Shown here: positions 57,301 to 64,000 of the stretch, piece by piece
Position numbering within the stretch: the stretch's first letter is position 1
Layout of the letters: the number at the start of each line of letters is the position of its first letter
Assembly (NCBI GenBank): GCA_035527935.1
Contig: DATKZO010000013.1
Location: 6,705 to 70,704, forward strand
DNA: 64,000 nt
Reading direction: 5' to 3'
DNA from: Bacteroidales bacterium
GTDB lineage: Bacteria; Bacteroidota; Bacteroidia; Bacteroidales; VadinHA17
Made by a program: the position numbers and the translations under genes
The notes under the pieces: model-generated
Seen by the model: the letters and a program-made list of their open reading frames with translations, nothing else
Database searches by the model: none
What the model was told of the DNA's origin: nothing

Positions 57301-57524
57301 CAGATGAGAACGGGCCAATCAAACCTGGCGATATGCTCACCTCATCATCAACACCAGGCCATGCTATGAAATGGTCACTTCTTGACATTACAAAGGCAAA
57401 AGACTTTGATGAGCTCAAGAAAATGATTGCCGAGAATGACAGGCGCCGTAACGCAGTTATAGGGAAAGCCGTTGATGAGCATTTAAGCGGCACTGGCAGG
57501 ATCATAGCACTTATTTCATTATAA
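54333..57524 (+). CDS. Large secreted repeat protein with YadA-head (Hep/Hag)-like repeats and an uncharacterised C-terminal domain
   Basis: It has a signal peptide. From about aa 320 to 760 there are dozens of repeats of the type 'NSTAIGxxAxASGxxSxAxG'. A 'PTLPTLPTLPLIPILP' linker is present. The C-terminal ~170 aa is non-repetitive. Confidence 0.7.
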   Translation: MKKVYTLLLFVLVSLFMIKGTAYTQVPDGFNYQGVARDNSGNPIINSSLTVRVAVISQITPEVVEWEEEHSVTTNSYGLFTLMIGDPDATGIGGSANSIGDIDWAGKTLYIRTSVRYNSTWYDMDAARILAVPYALLAKDVQSRTLEVNADTVFRVEGSLALGTDSPQGAKLAVVSTNDASEDALFEVRRQDGQPVFSVYNTGVKVFVDDIGTKGPKGGFAIGGFDAAKGSQDYLIISPDSIRMFIKNTSAVPGKGAGSKGGFAIGGFDDSKAGLTDLYFNVSGKDAMDVYENTSQVLWYPRKEAFLSGNIRIGSPDSVGTNSTAMGFKPVAMGNYSQAFGYKTLALADNSTAIGNRAQASGIDSYAFGSGAIASGQKSFAFGSIGIDEAGNPLGISTLASGDYSIALGMGAQATTIGAMALGVNSLASGYASSAMGFYSQATKKYSVAIGYYAMAQGDYANAFGRSAQANGVSSTAVGYATLASGSAAASFGRSAVAGGTASLSLGYSSDALNTYSVAIGFDAQSSGEYSSSMGYMANASGNYSTAIGHTAIANKENSYSIGKNAQSTGINAFALGIDAVASGGTSLSMGYSSSAGGSYSLAIGNSNNSSSTNSISLGNSNTSSNTNSIAIGNNNTASGVYSTALGYASSASGYRSVAIGSNYYKSSLIIIIPTLPTLPTLPLIPILPKGDTELPADGKGWIILPPSINRDNQAIGDYSIAVGAGNYSTNGGMAFGVYNNAEDVYATAIGFGNHALGKYSLAAGFANQTNGMYSVAFGTYTTAEAMNSFVIGKYNYTSSAYDPDDWVETNPLFVIGNGTSSSSPNDAMIVYKNGYTYHEARDAYAGIYAYNYISGRTSSSYGIKSYAYGTTAAYVYSGHFTGGNSVNPVYYMGLWADKRSGALTDVAEYIYDTNGNTEAGDVIVADPNLKESVILSGKPYQESVLGVVSTDPHLTMGMDLVTDEETGDALPGVKATKLALTGRVPVKVTDENGPIKPGDMLTSSSTPGHAMKWSLLDITKAKDFDELKKMIAENDRRRNAVIGKAVDEHLSGTGRIIALISL
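56352..56396 (+). repeat. In-frame 9-nt tandem repeat CCGNNNTTA, three perfect copies (ccgacatta) and two degenerate
   Basis: Read directly: ccgacatta x3, then ccgttaata and ccgatttta. It encodes PTL-PTL-PTL-PLI-PIL. Confidence 0.9.
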
Positions 57525-57593
57525 ATGAAGCCAGTGTATAAGAAATAATTCTTGATTTGCTGTCTTGTGAGGACACGACAGTTAGTGTAAACC

Positions 57594-57620
57594 GGGGCGC
57601 CTTTACGGGCGCCCTTTTTA
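57594..57620 (+). terminator. Rho-independent terminator of the repeat-protein gene
   Basis: The hairpin is ggggcgcc-tttac-gggcgccc followed by TTTTT. Confidence 0.75.
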
Positions 57621-57696
57621 TGTTGCAGAATCTTCAATTCAGATACCTGCTGAAATAAAAATTGTTTAATTTGGCAGACACCTAAAATTGTGAGTT

Positions 57697-60237
57697 ATGA
57701 AAAAGACTTTAATGTTTTTTGTTTTTCTGTACCTGTGTGCATGCATGGCAATCGCACAACCAGAATATTATTTCCCCGGAAAGGATTCCTTCGATCCGGA
57801 TATTCCTTCGCCGGAAGAATTCCTTGGATATCCTGTAGGTAGTCACCACACAAGGTATGACGTGATGGTGGATTATTTCAGACTGTTGGGGGAGCTCAGC
57901 CCCAAAGCATCTTTCGAAGTTTTTGGAGAATCAGTGGAACGCAGACCGCAGGTAATCCTTACTATTTCTTCTGAACAAAATATGCAGAGACTGGAAGAAA
58001 TAAGGAAAGGCCATTTACAACTGGCTGATCCTGAATTGAAGGCATTAGACTACAATAATATACCCGTAATCATACAATTAGGATATAATGTTCATGGGAA
58101 TGAGGCAAGCGGTGGCGAAGCATCGCTTCTGACAGCCTATTGGCTGCTGGCATCGGGCGATCCTGAGATGAGTGTTATTCTGGATAATTCTGTGATCTTC
58201 ATAGAGCCTGTGCTAAATCCGGATGGAAGAGCCAGATTTAATTCATGGGTAAACATGAACAGAGGCAATCCTCCTGTAGCTGATCCAAATGACAGGGAAC
58301 ATACCGAAGCCTGGCCAGGCGGAAGGGCCAATCATTACTGGTTCGACCTTAACCGTGACTGGCTCCCGCTTACTCAGCAGGAAAGCAGGAACAGGGTGAG
58401 CAGGTTTCATAAATGGATACCTAATGTTGTTACCGACCATCATGAGATGGGCACCAGCAGCACCTTCTTCTTCGAACCCACAAAAAAGGGCTCAGAGAAT
58501 CAGATAATATCGATGGAGAACTACCAGGTACTTAATAATCTTTTTGCAGCAGAGTATTCAAAAGCACTTGATGCTATATCCCATTACTATGAATCAGGTG
58601 ATTCATTTGATAATTCATATCCGGGCTATGGAAGTACATATGCAGATGTTCATGGAGGGCTGGCGATTTTGTTTGAACAGGCTTCATCACGCGGACTGAT
58701 ACAGACTACTGACCTTGGCTATGATCTCGAATTTAAGCTGGGCATCAGGAATCAGTTATTCGGTGCTCTGACAACTGTAAGAACAGCTGTAAGGGGAAAA
58801 GGGATGCTTAATGAATACATGCACCGTTTCTTTATTTCTGCCTTGGAAGAAGCGGTAAATGATCCTGTAAAGGCATATGTTTTCGGAGATAAAAATGACC
58901 TGGGGCGCACCAGGGATTTTATTGATCTTCTGAATCTTCACAATATTGAAGTATACGAACTTCAAAAACTATCAATAATAGATGGGAAGCAGTTTAACCC
59001 GGGAACATCCTTTGTTGTTCCCACACTACAGCCGCAATATAAAATGGTCAGGACAATCTTCGAGCCTGTCACAGATTTCCGGGATAGTCTATTCTATGAT
59101 GCTTCGGCGTGGGCAATGGTTTATGCCTATGGCCTGCCTTTTGCAGGCTCAACCAGGCCAGTTGCTGTATCAGACCAGGTAAAGAGTTTCAATATTGAGA
59201 TAAGAATTCCCGAAAAGTCAACCATTGGTTATGTTTTTGACTGGTCGGAATTCTATTCAGGAAGAGCACTTTCGTTTCTGATGAATAGCGGAATTAAGGT
59301 GAAGAGCGCCATGAGGCCCTTTACAGCTCTCACAGGCAGTGGCCAGGTTGAATTTGGCAGGGGGACAATCCTCATACCTGTCCCCTACCAGGATATTGAC
59401 GCAGATGAGGTATATGCAACTGTAATTAAGGCGTCGAAAGAGGCAGGAATAAATATCTTTCCGGTTACATCATCAAATAGTCCGGATGGTCCCTGGCTGG
59501 GAAGTAATAACTTTGCAAGTATATCCAAACCATCAGTTTTATTGTTAACAGGTGATGGTGTCAGCAGCTCTGTTGCCGGAGAGATATGGCATTTGTTTGA
59601 CACAAAATTGAACATGCCGGTCACTAAAGTTGATATTTCACGTTTTGGAAGAATTAATTTATCAGATTATTCGGTTGTAATATTGGCCTCTGGGAGTTTT
59701 GGATCGTTCGGAGAGAGAGAGGCAACAGCCCTGGACGAGTGGGTTAGTGGAGGAGGAAGCCTGATCGCAACAGGATCATCAATAAGCTGGCTCAGTGGTA
59801 AGAAACTTGCTGAAGTTAAGATTGACAGCCGTTTGAGTCAGGATCCGGGCAGGCGAATTGATTATGATATTTCACGGCTAGAGACCGGGAAACATTCAAT
59901 AGGCGGCATTTACTGCAGTGTTGACCTTGATATTTCTCACCCTCTGGGATATGGTTACAGTGACCGATCCGTTGTTGTTTACCGCAATTCAACAATGGCT
60001 GTAAGCAAAGTTGAGAGTGCAACCTCCAATGTTGCAGTATATACTGACGACCCGCTTGTAAGTGGCTATATTACAGATGAGAATCTGGAAAGGGTCAAAA
60101 ACAGTGCATCAGTTATAGCTTTAAGCCGGGGAAGGGGAAATATTATTCTTTTTGTCGACGATCCGGTATTTAGAGGATGCTGGTATGGGACAGCCAAGAT
60201 GCTTATAAATGCAATATTCTTTGGGTCAATCATTTAG
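57697..60237 (+). CDS. M14-family zinc carboxypeptidase with a long C-terminal extension
   Basis: It has a signal peptide. 'NVHGNEASGGEA' is the HxxE zinc motif and 'VTDHHEMG' carries the third ligand. Confidence 0.8.
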   Translation: MKKTLMFFVFLYLCACMAIAQPEYYFPGKDSFDPDIPSPEEFLGYPVGSHHTRYDVMVDYFRLLGELSPKASFEVFGESVERRPQVILTISSEQNMQRLEEIRKGHLQLADPELKALDYNNIPVIIQLGYNVHGNEASGGEASLLTAYWLLASGDPEMSVILDNSVIFIEPVLNPDGRARFNSWVNMNRGNPPVADPNDREHTEAWPGGRANHYWFDLNRDWLPLTQQESRNRVSRFHKWIPNVVTDHHEMGTSSTFFFEPTKKGSENQIISMENYQVLNNLFAAEYSKALDAISHYYESGDSFDNSYPGYGSTYADVHGGLAILFEQASSRGLIQTTDLGYDLEFKLGIRNQLFGALTTVRTAVRGKGMLNEYMHRFFISALEEAVNDPVKAYVFGDKNDLGRTRDFIDLLNLHNIEVYELQKLSIIDGKQFNPGTSFVVPTLQPQYKMVRTIFEPVTDFRDSLFYDASAWAMVYAYGLPFAGSTRPVAVSDQVKSFNIEIRIPEKSTIGYVFDWSEFYSGRALSFLMNSGIKVKSAMRPFTALTGSGQVEFGRGTILIPVPYQDIDADEVYATVIKASKEAGINIFPVTSSNSPDGPWLGSNNFASISKPSVLLLTGDGVSSSVAGEIWHLFDTKLNMPVTKVDISRFGRINLSDYSVVILASGSFGSFGEREATALDEWVSGGGSLIATGSSISWLSGKKLAEVKIDSRLSQDPGRRIDYDISRLETGKHSIGGIYCSVDLDISHPLGYGYSDRSVVVYRNSTMAVSKVESATSNVAVYTDDPLVSGYITDENLERVKNSASVIALSRGRGNIILFVDDPVFRGCWYGTAKMLINAIFFGSII

Positions 60238-60275
60238 GTGATAAATATGTAAAGATCTGAAATTTTTAGTATCTT

Positions 60276-60283
60276 TATATTTG
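60276..60283 (+). promoter_or_regulatory. -7 box TATATTTG
   Basis: It matches TAnnTTTG and lies 13 nt upstream of the ATG at 60296. The track ORF starts at a TTG inside the box. Confidence 0.35.
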
Positions 60284-60295
60284 TTAATCTCTGTG

Positions 60296-60670
60296 ATGTC
60301 TGGCCGGTACAAAATACTTATTGCAGAAGATGAGGAGTATAATTATACCCTTGTCAAACTCATTTTTGAGAAGGAGGGTGTCGATGTTATAAGGGCTCAC
60401 GATGGCAAGGAGGCAATCGAACTTTTAAAAAATGATAAAGATATAGACCTGGTGTTGATGGACATAAAAATGCCGGTAATGAACGGATTGGATGCAGCCA
60501 GGGAGATAAAAAAAATTAACAGCAAGATGCCAATAATTGCTGTTACTGCCTATGCCCTCCGGGAGGACCGGCCTATGTGCCTGAGGGCAGGATGCGATGA
60601 GATAATAACCAAACCAATAAACAGGCAGAAACTTATTGATATTGCATTCCACTTGATGAAGAGTTGCTAA
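60296..60670 (+). CDS. Stand-alone CheY-like response regulator receiver
   Basis: 'ILIAEDEEYN', 'DLVLMDIKMPVMNG', 'IIAVTAYA' and 'ITKPI' are present. Confidence 0.85.
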   Translation: MSGRYKILIAEDEEYNYTLVKLIFEKEGVDVIRAHDGKEAIELLKNDKDIDLVLMDIKMPVMNGLDAAREIKKINSKMPIIAVTAYALREDRPMCLRAGCDEIITKPINRQKLIDIAFHLMKSC

Positions 60671-61336
60671 ATGAATGTTAGAATTGAGGAAAGCTGGAAA
60701 GAAAAGCTGAATGCCGAATTTAACAAGGATTATTTTGTAAAGCTTTCTGATTTTATAAGGGATGAGTATTCCAAAACAATCATATATCCACCCGGAAATC
60801 TGATTTTTAACGCTTTTGACAAGTGCCCTTTTGAGGAAGTAAAAGTCATAATAATTGGACAGGATCCATATCATGGCCCCGGCCAGGCACATGGATTGTG
60901 CTTCTCAGTTGTTGACGGAATAAAGCACCCTCCCAGCCTTGTAAATATATTCAAGGAGATTGAAAATGATCTTGGAATTCCATATCCGCGATCAGGTAAT
61001 CTTGAAAGGTGGGCTAAACAGGGCGTACTCCTCCTGAATTCCGTACTTACGGTACAGGCAAATAGTCCCGGATCACATCAGAACAGGGGATGGGAAATAT
61101 TTACAGATGAGGCAATCAGTATACTTTCAAACCTGAAGAAGAATCTGGTTTTTCTTCTTTGGGGATCCTATGCTCAGAAAAAGGGTTCTGCCATTGACAG
61201 ATCAAAGCACCTTGTACTTGAATCAGTGCACCCCTCTCCTCTTTCTGCTAATAAGGGATTCTTCGGGAACAAACAATTTACAGACTGCAATGAGTATCTG
61301 ATGTTCAACGGTTTCAAACCTATTGACTGGCACTAA
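60671..61336 (+). CDS. ung: Uracil-DNA glycosylase (family 1)
   Basis: 'IIGQDPYHGPGQAHGL', 'LLLNSVLTV' and 'HPSPLS' are present. Confidence 0.95.
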   Translation: MNVRIEESWKEKLNAEFNKDYFVKLSDFIRDEYSKTIIYPPGNLIFNAFDKCPFEEVKVIIIGQDPYHGPGQAHGLCFSVVDGIKHPPSLVNIFKEIENDLGIPYPRSGNLERWAKQGVLLLNSVLTVQANSPGSHQNRGWEIFTDEAISILSNLKKNLVFLLWGSYAQKKGSAIDRSKHLVLESVHPSPLSANKGFFGNKQFTDCNEYLMFNGFKPIDWH

Positions 61337-61352
61337 AATGGGATCAGTGTGC

Positions 61353-62525
61353 TTATCTTATTTCTTCGAGTCCTGCACTAATTGTTGCTATAAGCTCATC
61401 GCTGTTCTCAAAACCGATCGATAACCTGATCATACCAGGCTCCTCATATTTATGACCCCATACAGACTCTACCGGAAGAAGTATTGTGCGGGAGTCGCCT
61501 AGCGTTGGTATCAATTTTATTTTTTCCGAAACAGAATCAATAAAGGAATCCCGTACTCGCCGCTTCTCATCCCTTCCTGAGCCTGCAAAGTTAAAAGTTA
61601 TCATTGCACCATATCCTTTGTTTGCAAACAATGATCTTGCCTCAAGGTGTGTTTTGTGACTGTCGAGTCCGGGGAACCAGACTTTTTCAATCAGAGAACC
61701 GGAGCTTAAAATATCAGCAACCAGAGCAGCATTTCTGCATTGCTGTCCAAATCTCAGTTCGAATGATTGTATCTGCGTATGCAATCTGTAGGCATCATCA
61801 GCTGAGAGCATATGCCCTACTAACTTCCGGTAGGCAATAGCTTCCTTCATCAGATCCGGATCATTTCCACATATTGCACCTGCAGTAATGTTGCCATGAC
61901 CCCCGAAATATTTGGTACCGCTGTGGATCACCAGGTCTGCTCCCATATCAAGTGGTTTGCACAGGAAAGGTGTTGCAAAAGTGTTATCTACCAGTATTTT
62001 GCACTTGTATTTACGGGCCAGATCAATTATACGGTCCGTTTGTGCCACAATCAGCATTGGATTGGAAATTACCTCCATGTAGATCACCTCAGGCCTTAAC
62101 TTCTTAAGTACATCCTCAAGTTTTGAAAGGTCATAAGAATCATTATCAGGTAAAAACCACTCTATTTCCAACCCTCTTCTTTTAACAAGAACAGAATCGA
62201 TATATGATATGGTTCCACCATATATTTCAGATAAGAAAAGCCAGGGGCGTGTATCTTTGCCTCTCTGGAATATGGAAAGTGCGACATCAATAGCCGACAT
62301 ACCACTCTGGGTCAGCAAGGCCCACTTTGAGCCTTCCAATCTAACTATCTCATCTTCAGTAGCTATAACCGTTGGATTCCTGTATCGTGAATAAATGAAA
62401 TTTTCAGGATCTCTTTCATGTTCCTTTTCCTTTTCAAATGTTTCATACGTCAGATGTGCATCTGACAATTCAAATCCAGTGTCCCTGTAGATTGGTGTTC
62501 TGGAACTATTGACAATCTTTTTCAT
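61353..62525 (-). CDS. Cys/Met-metabolism PLP enzyme (cystathionine gamma-synthase / gamma-lyase / methionine gamma-lyase family)
   Basis: 'YSRYRNPT', 'SGMSAI' and 'HSGTKYFGGH' (PLP lysine) are present. Confidence 0.85.
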   Translation of the reverse strand: MKKIVNSSRTPIYRDTGFELSDAHLTYETFEKEKEHERDPENFIYSRYRNPTVIATEDEIVRLEGSKWALLTQSGMSAIDVALSIFQRGKDTRPWLFLSEIYGGTISYIDSVLVKRRGLEIEWFLPDNDSYDLSKLEDVLKKLRPEVIYMEVISNPMLIVAQTDRIIDLARKYKCKILVDNTFATPFLCKPLDMGADLVIHSGTKYFGGHGNITAGAICGNDPDLMKEAIAYRKLVGHMLSADDAYRLHTQIQSFELRFGQQCRNAALVADILSSGSLIEKVWFPGLDSHKTHLEARSLFANKGYGAMITFNFAGSGRDEKRRVRDSFIDSVSEKIKLIPTLGDSRTILLPVESVWGHKYEEPGMIRLSIGFENSDELIATISAGLEEIR

Positions 62526-63817
62526 TATTTCAAGTGATTTCTTTTTATGAATATATTACTATTAGATGGAGGACTGAAATCCTGATAGAATAATCCCCTG
62601 TTAATCAGTTCTGCCAGTAAAAGTACCAAAATCATTATAATGTTTGATGCACCAATTATTATTGAAATATTAAGGTACACCAATACAGCAACATAAACAG
62701 ACCCAAAAAGATCTTTCCAATCTGCAGGCCGTAGTAATCTTCTAATCCAGATAGTCGATCCGATTTTAATCAGGGAAATGAACAGGAAGGCCATTTCTGC
62801 ACCAGAGAAAAAGGAGGCGATGGCCAGAGCGGTAAGGAAAGTTCTTGCAGGATGTATCCTGGTAAGGAGCCGCCGGTCGCTGAAAATATAGACATTATCA
62901 ATTAATACGGTATAAATAATGCCTGCCAGCCCGGCGATCCCTATAAATGAAACAGAGTTGATGAAAAATGCAAGGTGAATTGAAATAACGAAGATGATTA
63001 GTCCGCCAATTTCCTTCGAAAGTGGTGACCGAGGTATGTTCTTTAAGGAAAGAACTGACCTGACCGGTTTGCCCAGATGGAAGAACGGGAGTATGATAAT
63101 TCCTGTAAGGAGAATTAAAACCAGGATTTTAGATGGCAGAACCCCATCCGACCAACTGTCAAGAGTAAGTCCTGCCAGTAACGAAGAAAGGTATGTAAAA
63201 ATGAAGAGAGACCATTCGCCGACGGCGGAAACCTTCTCTTCAGCAGACAGATGGTCTGCAGTATATCCGTCGGTTGACTCAACTGGAAACACTTCAGTAA
63301 TATGGTATTTGTTTCTGGGTCCTTTTGTACTAATCCTGGGTTTCAAGACTGTCTCTATCAGGAGACTTTTCTCATCCGTTGTTCTATGATCTCCGAATTT
63401 CAAAGCACCCGTAGGACATGCTGCAGTACATGCAGGCTGAAGATCAATTTCCAACCTTTCCATGCAAAATGTACATTTTTCAACTTCCTTCGTCCCGGGA
63501 TTATAGGCAGGAGCATCATACGGGCAATTCCAGTAACAATAATTGCACCCCATACATCTCCTGCGATCCAGAACTACTGCACCGGTAGATATATTTATAT
63601 TATATGCTCCGGTCGGACACCCGTCCAGACAGGATGGACTTTCGCAATGGTTGCAGGCAATAGAAAGGTTATGCACAGGTAATCCCGGCCAGGCATCAGG
63701 ATTATCGGTTATTACGGTTCTCCACGCCACCTCATTCCCATTCTCTATCCAGCATGCAGTTACACAGGCCAGGCAGGAAACGCATCTGTCATATTTATAT
63801 ATAAAGCCTTTACTCAT
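62525..63817 (-). CDS. Fused 4x[4Fe-4S] ferredoxin subunit (DmsB/PsrB/NrfC-like) and polytopic membrane anchor (DmsC-like)
   Basis: The four Cys groups are 'CVSCLACVTAC', 'CNHCESPSCLDGCP', 'CMGCNYCYWNCP' and 'CTFCMERL...CTAACP'. About 8 hydrophobic helices follow. The start is set at MSKGFIY (63817). The longer track ORF overlaps the upstream gene. Confidence 0.8.
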   Translation of the reverse strand: MSKGFIYKYDRCVSCLACVTACWIENGNEVAWRTVITDNPDAWPGLPVHNLSIACNHCESPSCLDGCPTGAYNINISTGAVVLDRRRCMGCNYCYWNCPYDAPAYNPGTKEVEKCTFCMERLEIDLQPACTAACPTGALKFGDHRTTDEKSLLIETVLKPRISTKGPRNKYHITEVFPVESTDGYTADHLSAEEKVSAVGEWSLFIFTYLSSLLAGLTLDSWSDGVLPSKILVLILLTGIIILPFFHLGKPVRSVLSLKNIPRSPLSKEIGGLIIFVISIHLAFFINSVSFIGIAGLAGIIYTVLIDNVYIFSDRRLLTRIHPARTFLTALAIASFFSGAEMAFLFISLIKIGSTIWIRRLLRPADWKDLFGSVYVAVLVYLNISIIIGASNIIMILVLLLAELINRGLFYQDFSPPSNSNIFIKRNHLK

Positions 63818-64000
63818 ATTTCCTGATCGAAACAGATGTGTCATGAAAAGCAGTCCCCCAGCCCATGTCAGTTTCCCTGCCGGCAGAAAGCTGGTTGCCT
63901 CCCCCTCCCTCCTGCTTCCACCAGCCATTAGGTAATGCGACACAACCTTTAATCATTCTCCTTGTTACAGTAGCCGGTAATACAATATTTCCACGATCAT
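63810..64000 (-). CDS. C-terminal end of a molybdopterin (DMSO-reductase-family) oxidoreductase catalytic subunit, which runs off the right edge
   Basis: Manual translation gives 'DRGNIVLPATVTRRMIKGCVALPNGWWKQEGGGGNQLSAGRETDMGWGTAFHDTSVSIRKYE*'. This is typical of the molybdopterin-dinucleotide-binding C-terminal domain. The stop overlaps the downstream ATG (ATGAGTAA). Confidence 0.6.
   Translation of the reverse strand, partial: DRGNIVLPATVTRRMIKGCVALPNGWWKQEGGGGNQLSAGRETDMGWGTAFHDTSVSIRKYE

Noticed and set aside
62994-63935. Three ~130-aa plus-strand ORFs (62994-63389, 63302-63682, 63543-63935)
   Set aside because: All lie antisense to the FeS/anchor gene, whose four cysteine clusters are intact.
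63818-63943. N-terminal 42-aa extension of the FeS/anchor ORF (MSHYLMAGGSRREG...)
   Set aside because: This stretch is the out-of-frame overlap with the C-terminus of the molybdopterin subunit, whose translation there is family-typical. The ferredoxin domain begins right after the internal MSKGFIY start.

Overview
This window is chromosomal DNA from a Bacteroidota organism. The phylum call rests on the T9SS/gliding genes gldJ, a porP/sprF-like gene, porU and porV, on a recurrent TAnnTTTG -7 promoter box, and on SusC-type TonB receptor architecture. The left ~8.6 kb is a visibly AT-rich integrative element with all genes on the minus strand. It carries a tyrosine integrase, a 475-aa orphan, an AlpA/excisionase HTH, a DUF3987-like P-loop protein, a zinc-finger/Toprim primase, an HTH protein, a small ORF and a type IIG-like restriction-modification gene cut by the window edge. 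The element ends at a displaced 3' fragment of tRNA-Val(TAC). About 200 bp further on is a second 20-nt copy of the tRNA 3' end, so the same tRNA appears to have been hit twice. The rest of the window is mostly housekeeping: plsC-like, folC, phoH2, mtaB, suhB-like, lpxL-like, GT2, murF, ispF, hutU, ung, ltaE-like, MATE, MscS, M14 and a TonB receptor. The most interesting non-housekeeping locus is a tightly coupled five-gene operon at 36.9-42.4 kb. It encodes a KamA-family lysine 2,3-aminomutase, a GNAT-like/HDAC fusion, two tandem Ddl-like ATP-grasp ligases and a small GNAT. It matches none of the three classical KamA contexts (AblAB, EpmAB, lysine fermentation), so I propose a beta-lysine-derived amide or peptide pathway with an acetylation/deacetylation cycle. 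Other points worth a second look:
- A GC-rich structured intergenic repeat family centred on GCAAGC hairpins (36.5, 45.3 and probably 51.0 kb).
- Iteron-like 9-mers in front of the primase.
- A 1063-aa YadA-head-repeat surface protein with an in-frame 9-nt microsatellite.
- A secreted arginase-fold protein with an altered first metal motif.
- A molybdopterin oxidoreductase operon with a fused FeS/anchor subunit translationally coupled to a Cys/Met-family PLP enzyme.
No rRNA, intact tRNA or CRISPR array was seen. All calls come from reading the sequence and the supplied ORF track, and no database search was run.
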